Positions 34,751 to 49,256 of a DNA stretch of 64,000 nt are shown piece by piece (the stretch's first letter is position 1; the number at the start of each line of letters is the position of its first letter). The DNA is from Cycas panzhihuaensis (Eukaryota; Plantae; Cycadophyta). The notes under the pieces were generated by a model that saw only the letters and a list, made by a program, of their open reading frames with translations, searched no databases and had not been told where the DNA came from. A program made the translations under genes and the position numbers. Where the stretch lies: contig CM041465.1 in NCBI GenBank assembly GCA_023213395.1, positions 119,481,741-119,545,740 on the forward strand, in the 5' to 3' direction.

Positions 34751-37049
34751 ATAATACACCAAGGAAAATAATCAACACATAAGATCCTTTCCCTTTTTAC
34801 ATTTTGTTTCAATTAAGAGGTATAAGCAAGAGATATGGCCAAAATGAATAAAAGTTATAAAAAACAAAAGAAGGAAATGTAGAAGTATCATGTACCTTTT
34901 ATCTTTCTAAAGGATCATTCAAAGTCTTCAAATAGATGAGTTAATAATAGACAAGTTAGTATAAAATACATTCAAGCATGTATTTCAATTGTGAAATCAA
35001 ATTGATGCTAAGAACCATGACTTTCTTACCAAATACTAATAGCTTATTCACTATGCATGGGGAATCTTAGTGGAAAATGAATGTGTGAGAAGCTTAAAAC
35101 CTTATGAACAAGGGACTAAGACTTCTTTTAGGATCCTTTAATAAGGTCACCCACCTCCCTAAGCAAAATTTAGTAGCAGTTTTTTCCATATTGACAAATT
35201 TTCTTCAAGTTGTAGGTAGGAACCTTGGTAAGGAATATCTTAAATGCAACCAAACTGAGTCTAAGAAATCAAACTTTAAAGCTCATTTTAGAAATAAAGT
35301 AAGCTCAAATTCTAACCATTCTATATCTAAAACAATGCTCTAAAGCTCATTTGTATTTGAAGCATGAAATGGCTAGATGAATTTAACAAAACTAAAATAA
35401 ACACATTAAAAAGCATCCAACTTAAAAGGGGAGATAAGGAGGTGCCTTAGAGCCACACTTGCTGACCTACAATCACTCCAATCTAATGTTTTAGCTATGT
35501 AAACAAGTGAGGGAAATGCTCTTAAAGAAGGAAAGACAACAAGAGTGAGGAATTTTAGCATAAGGAAGGTTAAAAAGTTGAGAAAGGTGTGGCTAATAGA
35601 AGAAAGGATGATGGCTTCAAGTATATACAACCCCAAATCCTTGAACTTTTCATTTAAGAGACTAAAATTAGCCTTCAAATATAGTTCTCCAATGGTGTAA
35701 GTGAGATGGAAAAGGTTAAGTGACAAATTTGGTAGCACTCTATTATAAAACTCTCTTTCTCTTATTTCTTCATAAATAAGGGCCCTACTCATTAAATAAA
35801 TGAGAGGGAGAGGTTAAGTTAGACTATGGGTTGATGATCCATATTTTTGTAAAAAATTACAAGAAGTAAGGTTTAAGAAATGGCAATTTTTTGTTTTTAT
35901 TACACACAAAGTGGTGAAAAACATGATGTTCTTAAAAAGACATGACATAACAAAATGAAAATAGATATTCTTAAGAAAATGTGACAAAACATGACAAATT
36001 GAGTTGTCAGGTCATTATGGAAAATGTGATGAGTTGATAAATATAAATTAATTGTAGCAATACTAGGAGCCAACCCTTGGGCCATCATGACCAACCTTCC
36101 CATCTAGCTAACTAAGAATGCAACCACTTAGGTGACTAAGGAAACAAACTAGAAGAGGTACTACTTATAAGTACTTAGGGCCCCATCTTGGGCATCTTAT
36201 TATTATTACAAGAATTGCATGTCTCATGGGTAAACATAAGAATTTATGGAGCACACCTCAGCTCAAAGAGGATCACACCTAGAAAACCCTAATGGAAGCA
36301 CTATTAACTACCATTACTAGACTTAGACTATGCACTTGGTAAGTACCCCTTCCCTCTTTGATTTCTTAATTAATATGCATAATTATAGTTTTCTAATTGT
36401 ATGCATATTATCCCCTAAGTTAGTAGTTGTGCTTCCTATGCCATTTATGCCACTAGGAAAAAATCCCCTATTTTTGTTAAGTCAACCCATCATGCTAGAG
36501 CTATAACTATAACTATTATTACATTGCTATTAGAATTGGTTAAGAGAAAAGGAAGATTACTCCAACTAACATCCAAAATTTACCATATTCACCCAATTAT
36601 TCATTGATCATAACTACCTACATCTCCTCATAGATTTATCCTACCTTAGAATTCATATTGATGCTACCCACAACACCCTAAAATAACCCACAACTTAGGT
36701 TTACTACCATATTTTTATAGATTTATCGCTATATTAGGTCTACCTAAGCTAGAAATTCACTTATAGATCAACCATATTATCACCCATAATGGTCATAACT
36801 TATATATGCCACCACAAATCTATAGATCCACCCCATCCTAGGTCTGTCTAGGTCACAAGTCCACTTGTAGATCAACCATCTCCCTCTTTATTCCCCTCCT
36901 CGTAACCTACCCCATCTAGAACTAAACTCTACACACCATAAGAAAATTAACTTAGAATGCCTTGACCTTAGAAAATAAGTCAGGGCTTAGTAGAAGACCT
37001 ATTAATAAAGGGAAATATCTAAATACTAAATAAGCATAGATGTCAATAA

Positions 37050-38904
37050 AGACAAAATGGTGAACAATCCCTCAATAACTATAGAAGATGTCAAAAATAG
37101 GTTAGATAATCTCCATAATAAAATGTCTAAAATAAATTATTAAATGACTAATAAATACAAAAAAACTATGGTAGTACATAACAAATTTCATGGGATTGAT
37201 AAGTGATGCCATCCAAGATATAAAGAAAACCTTAAGGGGTAAAAGGATTAAAACTCATGAGGAAAATAAAGAAGAAGATAAGAAAAATCCCAATTAGGAA
37301 AATAATAAAATTAATAGAACCAAAGAGAAAAGTGGAAAAGAGTTTTGCCTCAAACGCATAAAGTTCCTCTTAGGAAAATTTGACCTTAAAAACTCTAAAG
37401 ATATTAGGAGCTAGATGATCTAAATAGATATGTATTATTAGTTAAACCTAGGATCCAAAAAAGATAGTATTATGGCAACTTCCTTACACTTATACAGGAA
37501 GGCCCTAAAGTGGTTCCACTAGTGGAACAACATCTACAAAATTCCAAATACTATAGTTAGAAATTATTAAAAGCGTCCCTAATAGATTAGTATGAAGATC
37601 CCTAGAACACTGACTATTTCTTATAACTCACGAGGGTACAAAAGACAGGTTCTATACAAGATTCTTTTAAATAGTTTTAGAATCTATAAAGCTTGGTTAC
37701 CACTAACGTAAAAATAAACTACTAGTACAAATATACATTGTTGGGCTTAGGCCACCAATTAAATTCTACCTAAAAATAATATTAATTTAGTTTATAGGTA
37801 AAATAATCCCCCAAGACAAGAATGTAGAGGCTAAAATTTGAGAGTCCAAACAAATCTACATCTAATGTAGTTAACACCCTAAGTACCCAAGTTAAAGTTT
37901 CTCAAACTAGAGTAACCAATCAAATTGGAATAGGTTAAGGGCCAAAGATAAAACCCCCCTCATAACTAGAGGTGAGAACGAACCAAATAAACTATCTAAA
38001 GTAAAACACCATAGGAGAGGAACTTACTTTGATTATAAAGAGAAATGGAGTCATGACCATAATAACCCATCAAAGAAGGTATTCATGACCAATAATGAAG
38101 AAGTAGAAATTCTAAACAAAGACACCCTAGAGGAATAACAAATTCTAATAAATAAGGAGGCTGAGATTGGGGACCTACTAAGAGAAACTAAAGGGGGAAA
38201 TATACAAATCTTACTCCAACCTATTACAAGGGAAGTCAACATGCCATAAACATTATGTTATAAGGGACTAATCAAGAACACTAGGATATCAGTCTTAGTT
38301 GATAGTGGAAGTACTTATAACTTTATCAATAGACCTATAATTATCAAGTTAGGTCTCCCTATATGACACTCAATTTATTCTAGGTTGCCATCACCAATGA
38401 GAATATCATGTCATATAAGGAATATTGTGAGAAGTTACACTTACAAATTACTAACTACTCAACCAATACTTACATGCTTATAATGCCAATAGGAGTAGTA
38501 GATATAGTCCTTAACATCCAATGGCTACAAAACCTAGGGACTATTGTTACTAATTACAAAACTCATTTTATAAGGTTCTATTAGAAAGGATAAAAATATA
38601 AGTTATAGGCCCTAATCTCACCACCTACCCAAGTAGTAACATCACACTAAATGGAGAAACTATTAAGATAGTAGCCAACTTTATACCTAATGACCTACTA
38701 TAAAATAATAGTAAAAAACATCCCCCATGAGATGCAAACACTCATAAACCAATATAACTAAGTCATTGAAAACCCCCAAGGGTTACCCTCAGGCTAAGGG
38801 TCTGAACATCCCATTGAACTAGCACTAAGATCAACACTAGTAAATATCTAATTATACTAGCACCCATACCACTTCAAAAGATAAATTAAATGCATAACAT
38901 AATC
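37050..38904 (+). pseudogene. Degraded chromovirus-type gag-protease relic, truncated before RT
   Basis: Protease VLVDSGSTYNFI (~38292), DIVL.IQWLQNL (~38500), ENPQGLPS..EHPIEL (~38770). Breaks off at about 38905. Confidence 0.7.
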
Positions 38905-41222
38905 TTGTGTATAAAGATCTCACATAATAGGCAATGAGAGGAGCTATAATCACATACCATAACATTCACCAAAGTAGTATCTCATGTAGCCAATAATCAA
39001 AATAATAGCCTAATTAAACCCTATCAATAAATAGAGTAAGGCACAAACCTAATAGTGCTAAAAAGGGGTAGGGCACAATGAAATTCACCTATTTTAAAAA
39101 GTGTAATTTTATGGGATAGTATCTTGGTGACTATACTAGGGAATTCAAATGAATATTTTATTTATGTTGGTTTATTTTCTTAAGACATATGCATGTGTGT
39201 ATGTGTATAATTTTCTTCCCATCAAGAAAGTATTATACAATCTAGAGCTCAAGGTTAGGGGAAGAATTCTTATATTCTCCTTAGGAATGGAGATGAAGGC
39301 CTAAATAATTTTAGCTTGAGGTCAAGGTTAAAACATAGATGAGTTAGGAAGAAAACTTAGAAGAATAAAGGTAAAGACAATAATAAGAAAATACTACCCC
39401 ATTGATGATTGATGACCTATTAATATTAGGAGGTAACTAGATAAAGTCTTTAATAAAGGCTAGGATACTTATACAAATTTTAGAGGTGATGTGGGTATTA
39501 TAGGTGAATAACATATCGTAAAATTTTCATTGATATATAACATGTTTAGCATTATCTTTAGAAGATATTAATATTATACTTTCTGTGCATATTATACAAG
39601 ATGAAGCTACTACCTAGTTTCAATCTTTACCCACTAAAATAATTACTAATTAGAATTCTTTAATGTAATATTTCAAACCAAATTATTTGAGTGAAAAGGC
39701 TTCAACTACTTTGATGAAAGAGATATCAAATATTAAAAGAGAAGCAAAGGAAGATATAACTAAATATGTTGATAGGTTTAATGCTCTACTTAGAGATATA
39801 CCTGAAGCTCATTACTTTGTAAAGGCTTTTTGAATGGAGTGGTTTATAAAAGGCTTAGATCTAGACACCAGACTTTAGAGGGCCTTGAGATCCATAAATT
39901 ACTCATATGAATGCATTAAAAATTAAAGAAAAGCTAGAATTGATGGGGAAGAATTAAATCTCCTCTTTTGCTTACATATAGAGTGAATTCTCCTTGAGCT
40001 CATTTCAAGGTTTAATCTTGGACATAGTATTGACTAAGAAGCTAAATAATAAAGTTTTGTTTTAGAGAAAACAAGCAATTGAATAAAGATCTAGAAAATT
40101 AGGCATATCAAAAAGACTAACAGAGGAACCTTCACAAATAAATAATGAATTTCATGAAGGTTTTCCTTATAGAAAAGAATAATAAGATTTTATTTATATA
40201 GGATTATTGAATCAATCCACTTTGAATCAGTAAGCCTCTACCTTAATAATGGTATTTGACAAATTAGAAGGAAATATGGTCATCTATGTGGGAGATGAAA
40301 ACAAAGAAGCTAATTCTAATGTTTACAAATACTAGAGTCTAATTAGCTTGACGAGGGGACTTAGACCCTTTAAACAAGCTTGGTATTTCCTCAAAAGAGA
40401 AAAGTATAAGGAGTGTTATTAGTTCCTTATAAATCCTAATAGAGTTTAAGAATATTTAGACTCTTGAGGTGAGTTTAGCTTAAAAAATTACTATTGTTAT
40501 TCCTTTAGGTTCTATCCTAGAATATGACATCTTCCAGGATTTGTTAAAATATCCTATAGGTTTGAATTTATACCAAGTTAAGCAACTTTTAGAGAAAAAA
40601 GAAAAATTTCTTAAGGATTTTGGCTTAGAAGAGTATCAAATTAATGTTATTACTAATATAAAAATAGTTAATGTTGCTACTCTTCCACTAAAGATAAAGT
40701 TTCTTCCTTTTTAGGTTTCTTTAAATATTTTAGATGTTTTCTTACATAATTATATAATAAATATAAGAGTAACACATAATGTGATGCCATATGTTATGAT
40801 GTAAGATTTGGGTTTAGACTATATTAAATCTTAAGAAGTTCTAAGGACTATGAATAATGAGATAATGACAACAATATGAGAGATCAAGCACTTGATGGTG
40901 TACATAATTACCTTTTAATATTTATTATCATTTCAATGATGGTGGCTGATATGCTACTAGCCTATGGTATATTTTAAGGAAGAGAATAGGCCTATGAAAT
41001 GGTCCAATGTCACTTTCCCTTTAGGGAGAGATCAAATGATCCTACTTAGAGAAGAAAGGTATTAAGAATAGGTTTAAAGTAAACAATTAGGTTATAAGCT
41101 ATTTTCAGTTCAAGTAGGATTGATATTTATACTATTGCCCCCCTAATTGATATGACATTGGCATTAAATAAATGGATAAAGAATAGTTTTGGATACCTTT
41201 TTTTTAATAAGGATAAATCTAA

Positions 41223-41980
41223 AAATGGTGTAGGGGTGGGCATTTCTCTTTATATCTTAGATAATTAGGTATACCTTTCTCCTCTAGACTTCCTTTTGAT
41301 TTTATCAATAATATTGTAAAATATGAAGCTTTGATCATAGGTCTACAAAAAGACTTATTGATGAAAATCAAAATCTTACAAGTGTCAGAAGATGTAAAGC
41401 TTATGAATAATTAGGTTAAGGAATCTTATTTTGCTAGGAATATTAGGTTAAAAATTTATATACATTGAATACATGCCCTTATAGAACAATTAAAAGCTTT
41501 TAATCTATAACATATACCTAGGGACCATAATTAACTTATGAATTCCTTAACTATTGTAACCTTGCTCTTTAAGGAGAAGCAACCTATGATATATGATTGA
41601 CAAATGGTAGAGACTGGCATTGCTTTTTATGCCCCCAGATAACAAGGTATACCATACTCCTTTAGACTTTCTTTTGATTGTACCAATCATATAGCAAAAT
41701 ATGAAGCCTTGATCCTAGATCTACAAAAAAATTTATTGATGAAAATCAAATTCCTATAACTAATAGGAGATTTAAATATTGTGATTAATTATGTTAAGGA
41801 ATATTGCTTTGTTAAGAATATTAGGTTAAAAAGCTATATACATTGAGTACAAGACCTTATAGAACAATTCAAATCTTTTAATATACAACATATACTTAGG
41901 GACCTGAAATAGCTTATAAATTCCTTAACTATTATAGCCTTGCTCTTTAAGGGGAAGAAACCTATGGCATATGCTTAATA
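41223..41980 (+). repeat. Old tandem duplication (~380 bp unit) of the aRH domain
   Basis: 41223-41602 and 41603-41980 both read ..RL.FD..N.I.KYEALI..LQK.LLMKIK.L...N.VKE..NIRLK.YIH..LIEQ..FN..HI.RD..NSLT. Confidence 0.9.
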
Positions 41981-43929
41981 AGTATTAAAGACCTTAACTA
42001 AAGCTTCCATTCCTAATAATATAGATCATTAGTAAAATTTTAGACGCTTTTTATATGAGACTAAATAATTTTAGGGTATAGTCATGGGAGAAAATATATC
42101 CAATATAGTAAAGAATATCTTGAGGGATTCTCACCATGAAGGGATAAGTAATGGTATATCTAACAAGATTCCAAAAGGCTTAGTTCTCCTTAAAAACATA
42201 TTTGACCATTTCAATTTGCAATAAAGGGGGACTATGTAGCAAAAAGCTTTTCTAGAATAGTATAAAGGGATATATGATGCAACATTGGCATATATGAGTA
42301 GCCCAAGATCATTTATGTTGACGAATACTACATTGAAAAGGAAAGATAAGCTAGCTTACAACTTTGTAAAGAATATTAGGATATTTTTACATGGGTCTAT
42401 AAAGATTTGAAAGTCTTTAAACTTGAAATTATGCAACATTCTATACCCCTCTAGAATAAATCCAAGCCTATGAAGTTAAAATAGAGGTATGCTAATCCAA
42501 AATTAAAAGATTTAATGTGGGATAAAAATTTTGAAAATACAAAAACTAGATATCATTTATGCTATTAAATACTCTACCTAGGTAGCTAATATGATTTCAT
42601 AAGAAAGAAGAATTATGGTATTAGGCTTTATGTCAATTTTCATAATTTAAACAAAGAATCTTTAAATAGAAAACTACTAGCTCCCTAGAATGGAGTAGAA
42701 TCTCTGAATGGTTTTGAGGATCTAGGATGATGCCTTTAACTTAATGACTTTTCAAGATACAGTTAAATTAAGACAATAAAAAAAGACCAACAAAAATTTA
42801 TCTTTAATACTATCCAAGGAACCTTGATATATAAAAGTATGCTATTTAGATTAATAAATATAAAGGTTACATTTTAGAGAACTATGGATGAAGCATTCAA
42901 AGATTTAATTAAGATCATTATAATCATCTACATAGATGATATGCATTCACAAAATGTAAGATAGATATTTAGAACATCTTAGAAAGGTTTTCCAAAGATG
43001 TGGAGAATTTAGAATCTCTTTCAATCTAAAGAAATAATTTTTGGAGTGATAACTATTAAACTATTAGGTCATATTATGATTGAGGAGGAAATATATATTG
43101 ACCTTAATAGAGTCAAAGATATTTAGGAATGTTCCCCCATGAAATAAAAAGACCCTTTAACATCTTCAATTAGGTTAATTTCTTATAAATATTTATTTAT
43201 GATTTTGCTAAGATGACCCTTCCATTGGGCAAGTTACTCAAGAAGAATGCAAATTTCATCTGGAATGAAGAGGACAAAGAGGATTTAATTTAATCAAGAA
43301 TTGAATTGCTAAAGCTCCTCTATTGATTATCCCATATTATATCAATGATTTATTATCCACTCTTATGCTTCACAAGAAGTGTATGCTATAATGCTTACTA
43401 AAAAATGTGAAATGGGATAAGAAAAGCCTACCGTATTCTTAAATAAAACACTAAAAAACTATCAATTGAGATACACCTAAGTAGAGAAACAAGCTTATGC
43501 TTTGGTTGAATCCATAAAGGATTTTAAGCCATATATCACACATAATCACACTGAGGCATATGCATCCTTTACCTTACTAAAAACTATGCTCAACCAAATT
43601 GAACTAGCTAAAAGAAAATGGGCTAAATGGTTAGCCTAAACTCAAGGGCTTGATGTGGATCTTAAGGTAGCCAAGTTGGTTTACATGTAAGTCTTATGTA
43701 AATTCTTAGATAAAAAGATTAAAGATGATAATCATTAATCTAAAAAAAGTGAAGAAACTCATGATAACATAGATTATATAGAAACAAATCTTGATGATTG
43801 TTAGATTTTGATGTTTTTTTGCAAAACATAACTTTTTACCTCAAGAATGGTTTTATGCTTAGTGGGTCTTGAAAAATGTGAGAAAAGTAATTTGAAGCTT
43901 AGATCTAACCCTCATATTCTTCTATAAGT

Positions 43930-43988
43930 TAGTTTGTATAAGAGGGGATATGATGGAGGTAGTTTGTATAAGAGGGGATATGATGGAG
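43930..43988 (+). repeat. Perfect 30-bp-period tandem duplication
   Basis: TAGTTTGTATAAGAGGGGATATGATGGAG at 43930 and 43960. Confidence 0.95.
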
Positions 43989-46900
43989 CCCTATAAAAAT
44001 GTTTAGGGTCTCACAAGACTTAGAGATGCTTAAAAAATTTCATGCTAGTCTATGTAGTGGTCATTTCATAGTCGAGGCTATTGCCTATAAGATTATTAAA
44101 GTGAGATATTTCTAGCCCATTATGTTTAAGGTACCTTTCAAATAGTAAAAGCATGTCTTTCATGCCAAAGGTTTCTAGGTAAATAGAACCTTTCTACCAT
44201 ATTAATTTAGCCTGTCTATGTAAAACAACCTTGTCGACATCAATTTATTATGACGAGGACTAGATTTTATTAGTCTAATCAACATAAATTCTAGTTGTAG
44301 GCATCTATTTTTCCGCACTTGAATTGATTAATTTACCAAATGGTTAGAAGTAATTACAACTAAAAGAGTTATCTTGACAGTATTAATTGAATCTTTAGAG
44401 CATATAATCAGATAGAGGTTTAGGCTAAACTTATATCAAATAATTATCTTATGCTTATATCAGTTGAAATTTTGATTTTTATGACAAATATCAAATTCAA
44501 CTTACATCATCCTCTAATTATTACCCTCAAGGAAATAGGTTAGTTGAGTCAACTAATAAGAACTTATTGAGGATTTTAAAAAGGATCATAAAGCAGAATA
44601 GAAAAGACTAACATAATAAGCTTTATCAAGTACATGCTAATTCAATTACTAACAAAGAAACATTAGGATAATCTCCATATTTGTTAGTTTATGATAAAGA
44701 AGTTATTCTAACTTCTCACTTGATTCTTTTGACATTACAATTTAGCTAAAATAGATGATGAAGGATAACTAGCCATAGAAAAGAGAGTACAAGACCTATT
44801 GGTACTATAAGAGGAAAGATAAAACCCTAGATATAAACTTTATTAATATCAAGAAAAAGTTAAATAATATTTTATTTAGGTAGTAGCTCTTAAGAAAAGT
44901 TTTAGGCTTGGTGACCAAGTCTTATAATGGGACAAAGCTCATGAAAAGCCAGAAGCCTATAGAAAGTTTGATTCATTATGGTTGGACCTATTTGAAATCA
45001 TGATATAAATTAGATATAATAACTTCTAGCTAAAAATTAGCAAAGGATGAATCTTACATGTTCTAATTAATAGGAAATATCTTAAGCCTTTTGTTTTTTT
45101 GCTTTGGAAGAATAAGTGCTTCTTTATTATAAAATTTTTTATAAGCTTTATATGGTTAGGTAGAGTTTTATAAGGAATGCTAGTTAATTTTTTAAACATA
45201 TGTAAGGATCACAAAAAATAAGGGGGCTAATATTACCATCTCATATTATGCTCTTATCTTGTTAATCCAACCAACATATAAAGAGGATACATAGTTGTGT
45301 TTAACAACTTTACAATTTCATTTAAATGATTTATAAGGTCTTTGATTGAAGTTTTATCTTATTTGATATTGTAGGCAAGGTTAGATTCTTTTCCCCATAA
45401 ATTAAATAATTGATCTTTATAGGGCCCCCCACAAAGTTATCAAATAGAAATCATAGGATTCATAATTAAAGTTCATTAGTAGTGTGAAGTGGCTAACTTC
45501 TTCTCAGTCATGTATTTTATAAATGTAATAGTAGAATAATTGATTAGGGAACATGTGTCAAAAGGTATTTTAAACAAGTGGGTCTAAAATATAAAAGCTA
45601 CAAGTTATCAAATACATTCATTAATTAGAAGGTGGTTGCATACATGTCAAATTAATTCTATTAACCAATTGTATGCTTATCATTAGTGAAAAGCCAAAGG
45701 CAAATGATACATGAAACATTAGCTAAGATGAAGAGAAGTTGGAAAAATATAGTTTCATATTATAATTTTATGCATGATGTTGTCATAATAATTTGCCACT
45801 TAACTAGCTTCTTATGATATGATCAATTATTTATGAGAATAATTTTTGTAAATATTTCATTTCTTTTATTTCATTTATAATGGTATCTCACTTGAAATAT
45901 ATAAAAGGGAAGAGACTATAAAAGAACAGACTTTTAGATCCTTTAATAAATTTTGAGGAATAGAACTAAGTTTTTAAGACATGTTATCTTAGTGGTGAAT
46001 GAGAAACTTTGATGTGTTGTATGATTGTGTGAGAGAGTATATGTTGTGAATGCGTAATGTTTGAATGCATTCTAAATTCTCATTTGTTAAGATCTTCTTG
46101 TAAGGATAAACCCCATTGAGAATTTAGTGTAGAGATAGTATGTGTATGGGTATTTAAAGTATGTTCTACATGCTTTAAATATGAAGACCATATACATGAT
46201 TAGCCATTTTAGTCTATAAAAATTATAGTCTAGGTTGCCCACATTTTGCTATCTAACTATAAATAAATAGTGGTAGGTCTTGTAGTTAGTCTCTTTTTGG
46301 TAATTGATTTCCCTACATTACAACTATATTGGAATGAATAACAATTGATAGTTTGTTTAGCTTCTTTTTGACGAGTAATTTTATACTTGCTTATTGACTA
46401 TAATCTCATGAGCTTGGCCCTTTTTCTAACTTAATATGGTTATCATAAACAAGGCTTAATCTTTGAAGTGTCCCTTTGTTAAATAAGAGTTTGGGATGTT
46501 CTCTTGCACTATCCATTCCCATAATGTCTTTCACCTATGTCCCTATAATTCATCATCTTACTATATTTTTCCTCTTAGGAGTACCTTTATATATGCTTAT
46601 AACTATATGTATATACATAGTTCCATGTATCATATATTGGAGTACTCCCATTTATTGTTAGTGCATACTTACCTACTCAAATGTTTTATAGACCAATGAA
46701 TATGGATATTTTAGAATGTGTATCTTTTTCAAGACAACAAATCCTATTATATATAACACACCCACACCCTTTATAAAGAATTATCAGTCCAATAGTACAT
46801 AAAGAAATTTAAGAAACTATAAAGTAAAACATAGTTATAAACTAATTAGGTATGAGATTTCTATATTAAAGATTAAGACCTAAGTTGAAGGCATAACTTT

Positions 46901-46994
46901 ATAATAACAAACCATAATCACTTGATGGAGATATTAATTTAGCTTATGAAATAAAAGTGTAAGATTAAAGAACCTATAACAAATATATCATTTC

Positions 46995-47456
46995 TAAATG
47001 GAAGTGGCATTTAGGCCAACTTCCACCTAAGTTTCAATCATACAAAATATGCATAAAACACCAATAAGAAATGTGAGGAGGTTAAATTTATCAATCCTCC
47101 AAAATAAACATCAATTCTTCACACATCAACTCATATCAAAATTACATCAATGTTACCTCATATATACAAACATTTATAGTTACGTAAGAGGCATATGGAA
47201 ATATGAAAGGTTGATCATGCAAGGTGACATTTGGCACCTTATATAATCAAATTATATGTGCGTTGCAATGAGGTGTGAGTAAATATGACCCTATATACTT
47301 AGGCTCACAATATCAAGTTGTGACTAACCACAAACATGATACTATTACCCTTATAATGTACTAACTTTACTAATATAAATTGAATATTATAAATATATAT
47401 TATATTTACAAAAGGGCTAAGTTTAAGTAATGAATTCAACATTAATTCTTCTACCA
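46995..47456 (-). repeat. Copia 3' LTR (~460 bp)
   Basis: Collinear with 60343-60794. Confidence 0.85.
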
Positions 47457-49256
47457 CCCTCTCTTAATGATGAGTTTATTAATTATGATATCAAGGCCAT
47501 GCCAAAAGTATTCCAATTTATCATGATGATGTGTTTTGGTAAAGATATTAATAATCTGTTCATCAGTTAGCTTATAAAATAAATCAATCTTATCATCTTA
47601 AACATGCTCCATGATGAAGTGATGGTGAACCTTGATATGCTTTGTTCTAGCATGGAACCAAAGATTTTTGGTCAATTTGAGAATGCTCTGATTATCATAG
47701 AAAAGAGTTATAGCTTATGCTTGATCAATACTAACCTCTTCAAGAATCCTTCTAAGTTAAATTTCCTTTATAGCTTTATTATTAGTAGCTTTGTACTCTA
47801 TTTTAGTGGAGGATAAGGTGATATTTGGATACTTTTTATAACTCTAGGAAACAGAGGTAGAACCCATGTTAAAACAATAGCTTGAGGTTGATCCATGACT
47901 ATCTTTACAACTAGCCTAATTAATATCTACGTAGCTTGCCAAAGAAGGATTGTCCGCCTAGCAGTAATTAAGTTCAAATTGAAGTAAACCTTGAAGATAT
48001 CTCGTGATCTACATAACTACTTTCCAATGTGAAATCTTGAGCTGAGTCATAAACCTATAATGGATCCCAATATCATATGAAATATTAGGTCAAGTATATG
48101 TGAGGTAAATTAATTTCCCTATGAATTGCCTATATAATGTAGGATCCATATATTTACCATGCTCATCAATATCCAATTTAAGTTTAGTCTTCATAGGAGT
48201 TGGTGATGGTTTATATTCCTCTATTCTGAACTTTTAAAGAATTTCCCTTACATAATTGGGCTATGAAAAGAAGATATGACCTGGCTATTACTAGATTTCC
48301 ATGCCAAGAAAGTAATAAAGCAATCTATCATCTCAAAGCTACTATTCAATTCTCCTTGAAATTGACTATGTGTTGTTACATGCTATTAATAAATAATCAA
48401 TATATAGTATAACTAGAGTGATCAAATTATCTCATATTATGATGTATAAATTAGGATTTAAGGATGAACATACAAGTCCATACTTCTAAAAGTACTTATC
48501 TATCTTTGCATACCAAGTATAAGGTGACTACTTAAGACCATAAAGAGCCTTCTTTAGCTTACAAACTGATTGTTCTTTTCCACGAACAACATAGCTGAGA
48601 GGTTGATTTAGGTATAGTTTCTCATATAAGTTGCCATTTAAAAAGGTGCTTTCACATCTATCTGAAAAATAGGCTAATTAAATTGAGATGATAAAGCTAA
48701 GACAAGCCTCATGGTGGTCATGTTAGTAATAGGGACAAACATATCATCATAATCAATATCCTCAATTTATTTAAAATCTTTGATAACTAAATATGCTTTG
48801 TGGCATTAAATGGATCTATTTACATGAAATTTTATTTTATAAATCCATCTATAATTAATTGATTTTTTTCCATTAAGCAACTAAACTAACTCCCAAGTGT
48901 CATTTTGCAAAATAGAATCCATATCCTTATTCTTGACTATTTACCACTTTTGATCTATAATAGCTTCTTCAAAAGTGATAGGTTCATGAGTTAATGATAC
49001 TTCTGCCATTAAGGCAAAGTTGGTGGATGATCTATACTTAGATTGCCTCTTAGTTTGTTGTGGAGGTGATGGAGTAGAAAAGATTATCTATAAGTACCAT
49101 TTTTTTTTTGATAAAATAAAATTGAAGTATAAGTGGGTTTGAAATAGGATCCCACAACCTAGTACATCAATATGCTTTAGGCTTCCAAGTCAAAGATGAC
49201 CGTGACATTCCCACAGTCTAGGCGTAAGAACTACATCGCCAGGACAAGCCCCATGG

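Larger units (their letters stand above)
38905..46330 (+). mobile_element. Degraded Tat-type gypsy element with order gag-PR-aRH-aRH-RT-RH-INT, PPT and putative 3' LTR
   Basis: gag FRGD..HI..F / DEATT*FQSLP (~39480-39650), PR LHN.I..HNVMP (~40745), aRH 41190-41980, RT (IIIYIDD ~42925), RH ~43300-43700, INT YPQGNRLVESTNK (~44525) and FDSLWLDLF (~44975). PPT AAGGGGGCTAA ~45220-45230. Outer boundaries are approximate. Confidence 0.8.

Noticed and set aside
34750-37050. LTR/UTR-like non-coding block including the 128-aa ORF 35406-35792
   Set aside because: No termini, TSD or protein motif could be fixed; left unassigned.
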